A stretch of DNA of 64,000 nucleotides from Alphaproteobacteria bacterium MarineAlpha5_Bin9. GTDB lineage: Bacteria; Pseudomonadota; Alphaproteobacteria; HIMB59; GCA-002718135. Within the stretch, counting starts at the first letter, position 1; every line of letters starts with the position of its first letter. Location of the stretch: contig PTKV01000002.1 in assembly GCA_002937895.1 (NCBI GenBank), forward strand, positions 2,019 through 66,018. Reading direction: 5' to 3'. Below are positions 47,886 to 57,858 of the stretch, piece after piece. The notes under the pieces are model-generated. The model made no database searches. It was not told where the DNA came from and was given only the letters and a program-made list of their open reading frames with translations. Position numbers and translations under genes: made by a program.

Positions 47886-48853
47886 CGCTCTTTTATATAT
47901 GGCTGTCCAATAGCTTTGGGGGCCATAGCCTTACCAACAAATCCAGCAAGAAGAATAACTGTAAGAACATATGGAATGGCTTGAATAAGCTGAACAGGTA
48001 TTGTTCCAATTGTTGGAAGTTCTACTCCTTGAAGTCTTATTTGAAGTGCATCTGTAAACCCAAAAAGCAAGCAAGCAATTAATGCAGTTTTTGGATGCCA
48101 TTTACCAAATATTAGTGCTGCTAACGCCAAATAACCCCTGCCTGCTGACATTTCTCTAAAAAAATTTGCATTAACTGCAGTAGACAAATAAGCTCCGGCA
48201 AATGCTATTAAAATTCCATTAATTGCTAGAGCCTTATATCTCATTGAAAAAACATTAATACCAGCTGTGTCCACTGCGCTTGGATTCTCTCCTACTGCTC
48301 TTAATCTTAAACCAAAACTAGTTTTAAAAACAATCCAAAAAACAACTGGCACAATTAAATAAGCGATATAAACAAATATATAATGACCACTTAAAATATC
48401 ACTGTATATAATTCCTAATATAGGAACATCTCTTATAGAATTAGCAAATGGAAGGGTTATTTCAAGAAATCTCTCGTCATTACCAAGAGTTGGTGTTAAT
48501 CCGGCTTGACCAAACCAGGCGGCAGCCAAAGCTGTTGTTAATCCAATCATTAAAATATTTATAGCAACGCATGAAACTACCTGATCACCCTTATGTGTAA
48601 CTGAAGCAAAACCATGCAGCATTGAAAGTCCTACACATGCAATTATTGCTAAAAATAACCCAAGCCAAGGATTTCCAAAAAAATAAGAACCAACTGCAGA
48701 TACAAATGCTGCGGCTAGCATTTTACCTTCTAAACCAAAATCAATTACACCTGATCTTTCAGCAAAAAGTCCAGCCATTGCTGCAAAAACCAAAGGAGTT
48801 GAAATTCTAAGGGTAGAATTTATTAGAGATGCAATATCAGATAAATACTCCAT
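47882..48853 (-). CDS. nucleoside ABC transporter permease
   Basis: ERSGV…LEG-ML, GLRLRAVGENP-A-DTAG, GRGYLALAA-IFG-W. Confidence 0.9.
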   Translation of the reverse strand: MEYLSDIASLINSTLRISTPLVFAAMAGLFAERSGVIDFGLEGKMLAAAFVSAVGSYFFGNPWLGLFLAIIACVGLSMLHGFASVTHKGDQVVSCVAINILMIGLTTALAAAWFGQAGLTPTLGNDERFLEITLPFANSIRDVPILGIIYSDILSGHYIFVYIAYLIVPVVFWIVFKTSFGLRLRAVGENPSAVDTAGINVFSMRYKALAINGILIAFAGAYLSTAVNANFFREMSAGRGYLALAALIFGKWHPKTALIACLLFGFTDALQIRLQGVELPTIGTIPVQLIQAIPYVLTVILLAGFVGKAMAPKAIGQPYIKER

Positions 48854-49971
48854 TAAATCTTTACCCCATGGTTGAGTTTTTTAACAAAAAAACTTTCTAT
48901 TTGTGGTCTAAATAAATTTTCTAGAGCTCCGCTAAATAAGATTATTAAACCTTGAACTGCAACAAACATATATCTTGTTATGTTAGGCATATCAAATGTG
49001 ACTTCAGAACCTCCTTGGTATAATATTCCAAACAAAAATGCTGCTGGAAAAATTCCTACTGGATGATTTCTGCCCATTAGAGCAACCGCAATGCCTGTAA
49101 AACCATATCCAGCAGGGAAACCTGCAACAATTTTATGATGAACACCTAAAATTTCATTAACTCCTAAAAGTCCTGCAAGTCCTCCTGAAACACACATCGC
49201 TATAATAATATTTTTATAAGGTGATATACCTGCATAAATAGCTGCCTGTGTATTATGACCTACTGCACGCATTTCGTAACCCCACTTTGTTTTCCAAATT
49301 AAAAACCATACAAAAAATGAAGCAATAATAGCCAATAAAAAAGAAATATTAAGTGGTGAATATCTTATCTTTATCCCAAATGTAGCTGCGAGATCTTTAA
49401 AACCAGGAAACCACTGTTCTTTTGGTAAAGCCACAGTGTGGGGGCCCATTTGTGCTGTATCTCGAATAACATCAACTAATAAAAAAACCATTAAAGAAGA
49501 TGCTATAAAATTAAACATGATTGTTGTTATAACAACATGGCTTCCTCTTGTTGCCTGAAGATAGGCAGGGACAAAAGCCCATGCGGCTCCAAATAGAACT
49601 GCGCCAAAAATAGAAAGCAACCAAACAAGCGGCACTGGTAAAAAACTAAAATTAATAGCAACTAAAAAAACCCCTAGGCCACCTATATATGCCTGTCCTT
49701 CTCCTCCAATATTAAAAAGTCTACAATGAAAAGCTACTGCAAATGCTAATCCAGTAAAAATAAAATTAGTTGTATAATATAAAGTATAAGCAAATCCTTC
49801 TATATAACCAAAAGAACCAAAAATAATAAGTCTTACTGCTTCAAAAGGATTCTCGCCTGCGATAAAAATAAATAATCCGGATACAATTAAGGCTAATGTA
49901 AGATTAACTAAAGGAACAATTAAATTTGATACCCACCAAGGAACTTTAGATTTGTCTACAAGCGTTGTCAT
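48853..49971 (-). CDS. nucleoside ABC transporter permease
   Basis: FNIGGEGQ, VITTIM-N, GYEMRAVG, GF-GIAVALMG-NHP. Confidence 0.9.
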   Translation of the reverse strand: MTTLVDKSKVPWWVSNLIVPLVNLTLALIVSGLFIFIAGENPFEAVRLIIFGSFGYIEGFAYTLYYTTNFIFTGLAFAVAFHCRLFNIGGEGQAYIGGLGVFLVAINFSFLPVPLVWLLSIFGAVLFGAAWAFVPAYLQATRGSHVVITTIMFNFIASSLMVFLLVDVIRDTAQMGPHTVALPKEQWFPGFKDLAATFGIKIRYSPLNISFLLAIIASFFVWFLIWKTKWGYEMRAVGHNTQAAIYAGISPYKNIIIAMCVSGGLAGLLGVNEILGVHHKIVAGFPAGYGFTGIAVALMGRNHPVGIFPAAFLFGILYQGGSEVTFDMPNITRYMFVAVQGLIILFSGALENLFRPQIESFFVKKLNHGVKI

Positions 49972-51491
49972 TAAACTACACCAGCCATTAACAAGCCCAG
50001 CTCACGATCAGTAACATTTTTATTAATTTTTTCTCCTACTATACCACCATCAAACATAACCAAAATTCTATCTGACAAAGAAAGAACTTCGTCTAATTCA
50101 ACAGAAACTAAAAGTATAGCCGCTCCTTTATCTCTCATATCAATAAGCCTTTGATGAATAAATTCAATAGCACCTATATCTACGCCTCTTGTTGGTTGGC
50201 CTACTAGTAAAACTTTTGGATTTTCATTAAGCTCCCTACTCAAAATTATTTTTTGCTGGTTACCTCCTGAAAAATTTGAAGTAATTAAATGTGGTGATTG
50301 TGGTCTAACATCGTATTCTTTCATAATTTTTTTTGAATGGGCTAAAATATCATTATGATTAAGAATTGAAGATGATGAAAAAGATTTTTGATCATGATAT
50401 CCAAATATTAGGTTTTCATAAGCTTTAAAATCTGTAACTAACCCCATTCTTTGACGATCTTCAGGAACGTGAGCCAAACCTTTTTCTTTAAGCTGTCTAG
50501 GATCAAGAAATTTTTCACTATCAGAAATTTTAATTTTTTCTAAAAGTATTTCCCCAGAATCAACTTTTCTAATTCCAGAAAGTGCCTCAAGTAGTTCAGT
50601 TTGCCCATTTCCTGTAACACCAGCAATTCCTAAAATTTCCCCAGAATGAATTTCTAAATCTACATTTTTTACGCGTGTAACACCCAAATCATCTTTTACT
50701 GTTAAATTTTTTACTTTAAATATAACATCACCTCTTTTAGCAAATGACTTATCTAGCCTTAATAAAACACTTCTGCCAACCATCATTTCAGCTAATTTCT
50801 CTTTGTTGGTGTTCTCTGTTTTCGTATGACCAACTATTTCACCCTGACGCATTACAGAAACCACAGTTGTAAGATCCATAATTTCAATTAATTTATGTGT
50901 AATTAAAACTATTGTTTTTCCCTCATCTCTTAAAGAACGTAAAATTTTAAAAAGTTCATCAACCTCTTGCGGAGTTAAAACACCTGTTGGCTCATCTAAG
51001 ATAAGAATTTCTGCCCCTCGATATAAAGATTTTAAAATTTCAACTCTTTGTCGGAAACCCACAGATAAATCAGAAATTTTAGAATTAAGATCTATATTAA
51101 GTTTATAAGTATCACAAATATTTCTAAGATTCTTTTTTGCTTTTTCTAAGTTTTTTCCAAATACTAGCTCGCCCTCAAACCCTAATATAATGTTTTCTAA
51201 AACAGTAAAATTTTCAACCAACATGAAATGTTGATGGACCATGCCTATTCCATTTATTATCGAATCTCTTGGAGATTTTAGTTTAACATTTTTTCCATTT
51301 ATATTGATGGTTCCTGAATCTGCTTGATACAAACCATAAACAATACTCATTAAAGTAGATTTTCCAGCTCCATTTTCTCCAATTATGCCATGAATCGTGC
51401 CTTTATTTATTATCAGATTTATGTTTTTGTTAGCCTGAACATGGCCAAATGATTTATTTATATCTTTGAGTTCAAGTATAGGTGAGACCAT
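49971..51491 (-). CDS. CUT2-type (two-domain) ABC ATP-binding protein
   Basis: GENGAGKST, LILDEPT, PEDR, SGGNQQK, QPTRGVD. Confidence 0.93.
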   Translation of the reverse strand: MVSPILELKDINKSFGHVQANKNINLIINKGTIHGIIGENGAGKSTLMSIVYGLYQADSGTININGKNVKLKSPRDSIINGIGMVHQHFMLVENFTVLENIILGFEGELVFGKNLEKAKKNLRNICDTYKLNIDLNSKISDLSVGFRQRVEILKSLYRGAEILILDEPTGVLTPQEVDELFKILRSLRDEGKTIVLITHKLIEIMDLTTVVSVMRQGEIVGHTKTENTNKEKLAEMMVGRSVLLRLDKSFAKRGDVIFKVKNLTVKDDLGVTRVKNVDLEIHSGEILGIAGVTGNGQTELLEALSGIRKVDSGEILLEKIKISDSEKFLDPRQLKEKGLAHVPEDRQRMGLVTDFKAYENLIFGYHDQKSFSSSSILNHNDILAHSKKIMKEYDVRPQSPHLITSNFSGGNQQKIILSRELNENPKVLLVGQPTRGVDIGAIEFIHQRLIDMRDKGAAILLVSVELDEVLSLSDRILVMFDGGIVGEKINKNVTDRELGLLMAGVV

Positions 51492-51520
51492 AAAATTATT
51501 TCTTAATCTTAGGTCTCACC
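51481..51520 (-). promoter_or_regulatory. long hairpin burying the start codon of the ABC ATPase
   Basis: Minus strand GGTGAGACC-TAAGATTA-AGAAA-TAATTTTA-T-GGTCTCACC; the ATG lies in the 3' arm. Confidence 0.65.
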
Positions 51521-51541
51521 AAAAATTTTACAATATTTTTA

Positions 51542-52519
51542 TTATTCCTGTGACCAGTCTGCAACTTGCATAGAACCACTAACTATCTCAGCAGCAGCAG
51601 CTTCAACTGCAGATTCCATTGCCGGAGTTACCATTCCATCTTCAGTAGCATAACCAACCATGCCTTCCGCAAGTCCAAGAATATGAATTCCTGGCTCAAA
51701 CGTGCCAGCTGCAGTTTTTTCAGCTTGTTCAAAAATTGTAAGATCTAGACGCTTCAACATAGATGTAAGCATGCTTCCAGGATGCATCCAATTCTGGTTA
51801 GTATCAACACCAATACCCATGATGCCTGCATCTGCAGCAGCTTGAAGAACACCAATTCCTGTTCCGCCTGCCGCTTGATAAACTACATCTGCGCCACCAT
51901 CTATTTGAGCTTTAGTTAATTCAGCACCTTTAGTCGGATTATTCCAAGCTTCAGGAGTGGTGCCAGTCATATTTGCTAATATTTCTATATTAGGATTAAC
52001 ATACAAAGCGCCTTGCTCGTATCCACCTTGAAATTTTCTAATTAAAGGAATATCCATTCCTCCAACAAAACCAATTGTTCCTGATGAAGATGCCATTGCA
52101 GCAATCATACCAACTAAAAAAGAACCTTCGTGTTCTTTGTAACAAGCTTGGTAAATGTTTCCTGCTGGATCATCCACCCAACAAACATCCACTGCTACAA
52201 AGTTTGTATCTGGATAATCAGGGGCGACAGCTGCAACTGCATCAGCCTGAGCAAATCCCATTGCAACAATCAGAGAAGCTCCTCTGTCTGCAATTTTACG
52301 CATACCTTGTTCAATTTGAGTATTGTTTGAAGCTTCAAATTCAACCATACCCCAACCAAGTTCATTTTTAACTCTTTCAGCGGTTCTGAATGCTAGTTCA
52401 TTAAATGATTTATCAAATTTACCTCCGGAGTCATATACAACTCCAATTTTATTTGCAAAAGCGCTTGAAGAGAAGACAAGTGCGAAGCAGATAAAAAAAA
52501 TACTAAAAATTTTATTCAT
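51542..52519 (-). CDS. BMP family (nucleoside) ABC substrate-binding protein
   Basis: Signal peptide; GGKFDKSFN, EHEGSFLVG, GFVGGMDIP, GADVVYQAAGGTG, IGVD-NQ; strong SD. Confidence 0.92.
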   Translation of the reverse strand: MNKIFSIFFICFALVFSSSAFANKIGVVYDSGGKFDKSFNELAFRTAERVKNELGWGMVEFEASNNTQIEQGMRKIADRGASLIVAMGFAQADAVAAVAPDYPDTNFVAVDVCWVDDPAGNIYQACYKEHEGSFLVGMIAAMASSSGTIGFVGGMDIPLIRKFQGGYEQGALYVNPNIEILANMTGTTPEAWNNPTKGAELTKAQIDGGADVVYQAAGGTGIGVLQAAADAGIMGIGVDTNQNWMHPGSMLTSMLKRLDLTIFEQAEKTAAGTFEPGIHILGLAEGMVGYATEDGMVTPAMESAVEAAAAEIVSGSMQVADWSQE

Positions 52520-52631
52520 ACCAAAAAACTCCCTTTTTTATGAATTATAGATATATTATTGATAACATTTTTACTGTAAAAAAAAATTATTTTAAATAAT
52601 AAGATAGTGGATAAATTATGATAATCACTGC

Positions 52632-53252
52632 TTATGTGCCCATATACCTATCCCCTGCATCTCCAAGCCCTGGAACAATAAATTTGTTATTATCCAAACC
52701 CTTATCCACCGATGTTGTAAAAATTCTTAGTTTTGGATACTTCTTTTCAATTGTTTTAATGCCTTCTGGTGCGCATAATAAGGAAACTAGCATTAAATTT
52801 GATATTTTTACCCCAGATTTTACAATAAGATTTACTGCCTCTAGAGATGAATTACCGGTAGCTAACATAGGATCTAATACTATAAAAAGCTGCTTTTTAA
52901 TTTTAGGCAATTTAAAAAGATACTCGACTGGCTTATAAGTTTGCTCATCTCTATATAAACCTATATGACCCTTTTCAGCATTTGGTAAAAATTTGATAAA
53001 GCCCTCAACCAAGCCAAGTCCTGCTCTCAAAATTGGAATTATAACAATAGGCTGGGAAACTTCTAATCCATAAGTTTTTTTCAACGGAGTGTTTATTGGT
53101 GTTTTATTAAATTTAATATAATCTAATACTTTAGAGGCTATTAAATAGCTTGTTTCATTCATAGTTTGCCTAAAAATAGGGTCAGATGTTTTTTTATTTC
53201 TTAAAATAGTTAATTTATAATCTATGAAAGAAGATTTGATTAATATAAGCAT
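52632..53252 (-). CDS. upp: uracil phosphoribosyltransferase
   Basis: PILRAG, IGLYRDE, DPMLATG, IVPGLGDAGDR. Start is either ATG 53252 or 53267. Confidence 0.95.
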   Translation of the reverse strand: MLILIKSSFIDYKLTILRNKKTSDPIFRQTMNETSYLIASKVLDYIKFNKTPINTPLKKTYGLEVSQPIVIIPILRAGLGLVEGFIKFLPNAEKGHIGLYRDEQTYKPVEYLFKLPKIKKQLFIVLDPMLATGNSSLEAVNLIVKSGVKISNLMLVSLLCAPEGIKTIEKKYPKLRIFTTSVDKGLDNNKFIVPGLGDAGDRYMGT

Positions 53253-53277
53253 AATAAGAAAATACATTCTTTTTTAA

Positions 53278-53763
53278 ATGAGGGCAATATACATCTTTTT
53301 ATTATTTGGTTTATTTGTATTATCAGGTTGTGCTACTGTACAAGTTGCTAAAGAAGTTACAAAAGCGACTAAAAGTATAGAAACTTCTGTTAAAAAAATC
53401 TTAAAGTCTCCTGACGATATAGAAAAAGAAAAGGAAGTAGAAACTCAAAAAACCCAAATTTTAGAAGAAAAATCAAATGAAACTGAAATAATTATTGAGC
53501 AAAAAAAAATTATTACTACAGATTTATTAGGTGTAGAAATAAAAGAATTAACAAAAAGAATAGGTAATCCAAACCTAATCAGAGAAGATGGAGAAATGAT
53601 AGTAGTTAGATTTGATACAAGTAAGTGCAGATTATTTATTTTTATAAATTCCAACTCCAAGAATCAAGCATCAGAGTATTTTGAATTGCGAAATACCCAA
53701 GGTCAAATAATTGAAAGGAAAAAAAATATAGAAAATTGTTACAAAGAACTTTTTAACAGTTAA
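53278..53763 (+). CDS. hypothetical lipoprotein
   Basis: Lipobox LSGC after a hydrophobic signal; C-terminal G-P-x2-R-DG…C-LFIF…C. Confidence 0.7.
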   Translation: MRAIYIFLLFGLFVLSGCATVQVAKEVTKATKSIETSVKKILKSPDDIEKEKEVETQKTQILEEKSNETEIIIEQKKIITTDLLGVEIKELTKRIGNPNLIREDGEMIVVRFDTSKCRLFIFINSNSKNQASEYFELRNTQGQIIERKKNIENCYKELFNS

Positions 53764-56700
53764 TCAATTGAAAGCAAAAGGTCTTTACTTTCTATATTAT
53801 CACCAATCGAAACCTGAAGATTGGACACAATCCCGCTTTTTTCAGCAAAAATAACTGTTTCCATTTTCATTGCCTCTATAGTTATAAGTCTGTCCCCCTT
53901 TATTACCTTGTCATTGTTTTTTATGAGTATTTGGGATACTTGTCCTGGTAAAGGAGAGCCAATGTCATTTTTTGATGTCGCTTTTTTTCTCTTAAAAACT
54001 GTATTAGAAAATTCTTTATCTTCGACATCAATTGTTCTTGGTTGACCATTAAGTTCAAAAAAAACTGAACATATTCCATTTTTATCTGTTTTACTTTTTG
54101 TTAAATATCTTAATATCAAAGATTTACCTTTATCTATAATAAGGTTATATTCTTTGTCGGTCTCAGGACCATAATAAAATAAAGGAGTCGACAAAATTGA
54201 CAAATCTCCATACTCCATCTTAAATTTTTTATAATCCAAAAAAACTTTTGGATACATTAAATATGAAGCAAGCTCCTCATTAGAAATATCTTTTTCAAGA
54301 ATTTTTTTAAGTTTGTTTTTTTCCTTTTTAAAATCTATTTTTTTTAATTTAGATAATTCTTTTTTGCTAATTTTTTTAACATTTTTTAATATCTTATTTT
54401 TTAACTCTTTAGGAAAGCCCCCATAAGGTATGCCAAGATCTCCTTGAAAAAATTTAATTACTGACTCAGGAAATAATAATTCTTTTTTAGAATTTAATAC
54501 GTCTGAAATCTCTAAATCATTAGCAATCATAAACAACGTCATATCACCTACAACTTTAGAAGTGGGCGTTACCTTTATGATGTCTCCAAATAACTTATTA
54601 ACTTCTGCATATTTTTTAGAAACTTGTCCCCATTTGTTTGCTCCTATGCCTAAGGATCTTGCCTGTTCTAGAAGGTTAGTTAATTGACCTCCTGGCATTT
54701 GGTGAAGATAAACATCAGAACCAACCCCTTTTTCATAACTTTCAAAAGCAAAATAGTTCTTCCTAACCTCTCCCCAGTATATAGATGCACTTCGAATAGC
54801 TTTTTCTGAAATAGATGATTTTCTTTTTGAACTATCTAAGGCTTTTAAGATAGATCCAATTGGTGGTTGTGAAGTTTGTCCACTCATAGAATCAAAGGCT
54901 AAATCTACTATATCAGCACCAGCTTTTACAGCTGACATAATTGATGCAGAAGATGTTCCGCTGGTATCATGGGTATGAAAATGAACAGGCAGACCAACAC
55001 TATTTTTAAGCTCTTTAACTAAAATTTCTGCTGTATTTGGCTTACAAAGCCCTGCCATATCTTTAATTGCTATAATATGTGCGCCAATTTTTTTTAGTTT
55101 TTTTGCTAAATCTATATAATACTTTAAAGTATATTTTTTTTCACCTTTATTAGTAAAATCATTTGTAAAACAAATAGCTCCTTCACAAATTTTTTCATTT
55201 TTACAAACCTCTTCAATTGCAACTTGCATATTACTTGATAAATTCAAAGCATCAAAAACTCTAAAAACATCTACCCCAGCCTCTGAAGCAGTTTTAATAA
55301 AAAATTTAATGACTTCATCAGGATAGTTGGAGTACCCTACCGCATTAGAGCCTCTTAATAGCATCTGTGTTAATATATTGGGAGTTTTTGATTTTATGTC
55401 TGATATTCTTTCCCAAGGATCTTCTTTTAAAAATCTCATAGAGACATCAAAAGTTGCTCCTCCCCAGCATTCTATAGAAAATAATTGGGAAAGATCTTTA
55501 GAATAGTAGTCACAAATGTTGGTTATATCCTGCTTTCTAAATCTTGTTGCCAGAAGTGACTGATGCGCATCTCTCATTGTTGTGTCTGTAACTAAAACTT
55601 CATTTAGAGATTTAATATATTTTATAAATTTTAACGGTTTGTATTTTTTTAATAGCTCTGGATAGTTTTTTTTATTTTTTCCGTTTTCCGAAGTAGGAAC
55701 ACTGGGTTCAATAAAGTTTTCTGGTATTGGTCTACCAGAAACTTCTTTATTTTCATTCACTATTATATTTCCTAAATATGATATTAGCTTTGATGCTCTA
55801 TCTTTTTTACTTGAATAATTATAAAGGCTTTTGTTTGAATCAATAAAATTAGTATTGTAATTAAAATTAACAAAATTTTTGTTATTTATTAGGGACTCTA
55901 AAAAAATTAAATTTGTTTTTACACCTCTTATTCTAAATTCCCTAAGGGCTCTATCCATTCTTTTTTGGCATTCTTCCAAGTTTTTTGCCCAAGAAGTAAT
56001 CTTTACTAAAAGTGAGTCGTAATAAGGCGTAACTAATGCTCCAACAGCTGCCGTTCCAGCATCTAACCTTATTCCAAAGCCTGAAGCAGACCTATATGCA
56101 ATAATTTTTCCATAATCTGGCAAGAAATCATTTCTTGGATCTTCTGTTGTTATTCTGCATTGTATAGCGTGTCCATTTATTTTTATGTTTTGCTGCTTTG
56201 GAAGCTCAGATACTGATCCTATTTTTTTTCCTTCAGCTATTTTAATTTGAGCTTTAACTATATCTATTCCTGTAACTTGTTCTGTTACAGTATGTTCAAC
56301 CTGAATTCTTGGATTTACCTCAATAAAATAAAACTTATTTTTTTTCTTATCAATTAAAAATTCAATTGTTCCAGCGCCATTATAATTAACACTTTTTACA
56401 AGTTTAATCGCTGATTGGTACAAAGAATTTTTAATTGATTCATTTAAGTAGTTTGCGGGAGCTCTTTCAATTATTTTTTGATGTCTTCTTTGTAAAGAAC
56501 AATCTCTTTCATACAAATGAACTACACTTCCATGTTTGTCGGCCAAGATTTGCACTTCTACATGGGCAGCGTCCTCGATATATTTCTCCAAAAATACTTC
56601 ATCGTTTCCAAATGCTTTTTTAGATTCATTTTGTGCACTTAAAATTTTATTAACAGCATCTTTTAGCGAATGAATAACTCTCATTCCTCTGCCTCCACCT

Positions 56701-57191
56701 CCCCAATTAGCTTTTACAATGAGGGGTAGGCCTATTTTTCTTATGGCATTTTTAATTGAAGATGCATTTTTTGATTTTATTGATATTGAATTAATTGTGT
56801 TTATTTTTAATTTTTTAGCAATTTTTTTTGCTTCAGTTTTGTTTCCAAGCTTCTGAAGAACTGTTTTGTTTGGACCAATAAAAATAATATTGTTTTTTTC
56901 ACAAATTTTTGCAAAATCAGGATTTTCTGATAAAAATCCATAACCAGGGTGTATAGCGTCAACTTTAGATTCCTTAGCAATTTTTATTATGGAGTCTGCG
57001 TTCAAATATGCTTGTATTGGGCCCTTGTTGTCTCCAATTAAATAACTTTCATCAGTTTTAAATCTATGAAGAGCAAATCTATCCTCTTTCGAATAAATTG
57101 AAACTGTCTTAATTCCCAATTCTTCTGCAGCTCGAAAGACTCTAATTGCAATTTCACTTCTATTTGCTACTAAAACTTTATTTATTTTCAT
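53760..57191 (-). CDS. pyc: pyruvate carboxylase
   Basis: BC domain (ANRSEIA, HPGYGFLSE, RDCSLQRRHQK), CT domain (RDAHQS, IKDMAGL, HFHTHDT), biotin site EAMKME. Start set at MKINK. Confidence 0.96.
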   Translation of the reverse strand: MKINKVLVANRSEIAIRVFRAAEELGIKTVSIYSKEDRFALHRFKTDESYLIGDNKGPIQAYLNADSIIKIAKESKVDAIHPGYGFLSENPDFAKICEKNNIIFIGPNKTVLQKLGNKTEAKKIAKKLKINTINSISIKSKNASSIKNAIRKIGLPLIVKANWGGGGRGMRVIHSLKDAVNKILSAQNESKKAFGNDEVFLEKYIEDAAHVEVQILADKHGSVVHLYERDCSLQRRHQKIIERAPANYLNESIKNSLYQSAIKLVKSVNYNGAGTIEFLIDKKKNKFYFIEVNPRIQVEHTVTEQVTGIDIVKAQIKIAEGKKIGSVSELPKQQNIKINGHAIQCRITTEDPRNDFLPDYGKIIAYRSASGFGIRLDAGTAAVGALVTPYYDSLLVKITSWAKNLEECQKRMDRALREFRIRGVKTNLIFLESLINNKNFVNFNYNTNFIDSNKSLYNYSSKKDRASKLISYLGNIIVNENKEVSGRPIPENFIEPSVPTSENGKNKKNYPELLKKYKPLKFIKYIKSLNEVLVTDTTMRDAHQSLLATRFRKQDITNICDYYSKDLSQLFSIECWGGATFDVSMRFLKEDPWERISDIKSKTPNILTQMLLRGSNAVGYSNYPDEVIKFFIKTASEAGVDVFRVFDALNLSSNMQVAIEEVCKNEKICEGAICFTNDFTNKGEKKYTLKYYIDLAKKLKKIGAHIIAIKDMAGLCKPNTAEILVKELKNSVGLPVHFHTHDTSGTSSASIMSAVKAGADIVDLAFDSMSGQTSQPPIGSILKALDSSKRKSSISEKAIRSASIYWGEVRKNYFAFESYEKGVGSDVYLHQMPGGQLTNLLEQARSLGIGANKWGQVSKKYAEVNKLFGDIIKVTPTSKVVGDMTLFMIANDLEISDVLNSKKELLFPESVIKFFQGDLGIPYGGFPKELKNKILKNVKKISKKELSKLKKIDFKKEKNKLKKILEKDISNEELASYLMYPKVFLDYKKFKMEYGDLSILSTPLFYYGPETDKEYNLIIDKGKSLILRYLTKSKTDKNGICSVFFELNGQPRTIDVEDKEFSNTVFKRKKATSKNDIGSPLPGQVSQILIKNNDKVIKGDRLITIEAMKMETVIFAEKSGIVSNLQVSIGDNIESKDLLLSID

Positions 57192-57825
57192 AATTAATTT
57201 TTTTACTCTTATACTCACATAGTTTAATTAGTGAACAATTATCACATTTTGGTTTTATTGCCTTACAAGTTTTTCTTCCATGCAAAATTAGTAAATGATG
57301 AGCGCTTTTTAGCCATTTTTTTGGAATTATAGATTCTAGTTTAGATTGGGTGTCATCAGGGTTATTGGTTTTAACTAGGCCAATTCTATTAGAAACTCTA
57401 TAAACATGCGTATCTACAGCTACACGAGGAATATTCAAAATTTCATTTTGAAATACACTTGCTGTTTTGTTGCCCACACCGGGCAAGCTAATTAGTTGAT
57501 TAAATGCGCTTGGTATTTTAGAGTTATATTTGTCCACAAGTATTTTAGACAAAGATATTATATTTTTCGACTTATTGTTAAACAAACCTATAGTTTTTAT
57601 GTGGCTTTTTAATTTTTTTTCTCCTAAATTAATCATTGCTTCTGGTGTTTTTACTTTTCTAAAAAGATCAAAAGTGGCAAGATTTACTGATTTATCTGTA
57701 GATTGTGCTGATAAGATAACTGAAACTAGAAATGTGTAAGGGTTTTTATATTTTAGCTCAGTTTTGGGCTGTGATATATCATTTGATAGTTTTTTAAAAA
57801 TTTTATCTATTTTTAGATTGTGCAT
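57178..57825 (-). CDS. nth: endonuclease III
   Basis: LSAQSTD, HhH LPGVG-KTA, VDTHV-R, C-x6-C-x2-C-x5-C Fe-S motif. Confidence 0.95.
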   Translation of the reverse strand: MHNLKIDKIFKKLSNDISQPKTELKYKNPYTFLVSVILSAQSTDKSVNLATFDLFRKVKTPEAMINLGEKKLKSHIKTIGLFNNKSKNIISLSKILVDKYNSKIPSAFNQLISLPGVGNKTASVFQNEILNIPRVAVDTHVYRVSNRIGLVKTNNPDDTQSKLESIIPKKWLKSAHHLLILHGRKTCKAIKPKCDNCSLIKLCEYKSKKINYENK

Positions 57826-57858
57826 ATAAAATTAAATTAAAGAATAATTAAAAATTTA

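Noticed and set aside
51588-51602. GCA trinucleotide repeat
   Set aside because: Encodes an Ala run in the BMP protein; too short for a contingency locus.
52520-52631. Purine riboswitch upstream of the BMP nucleoside-binding gene
   Set aside because: No aptamer-like stems or conserved junction sequences.
33582-57218. Longer N-termini given by the ORF track for the TrpF-like gene, DUF2141, rpoH, proteorhodopsin, thrS, guaD and pyc
   Set aside because: They overlap neighbouring genes or precede the SD or conserved N-terminus; downstream ATGs were chosen.
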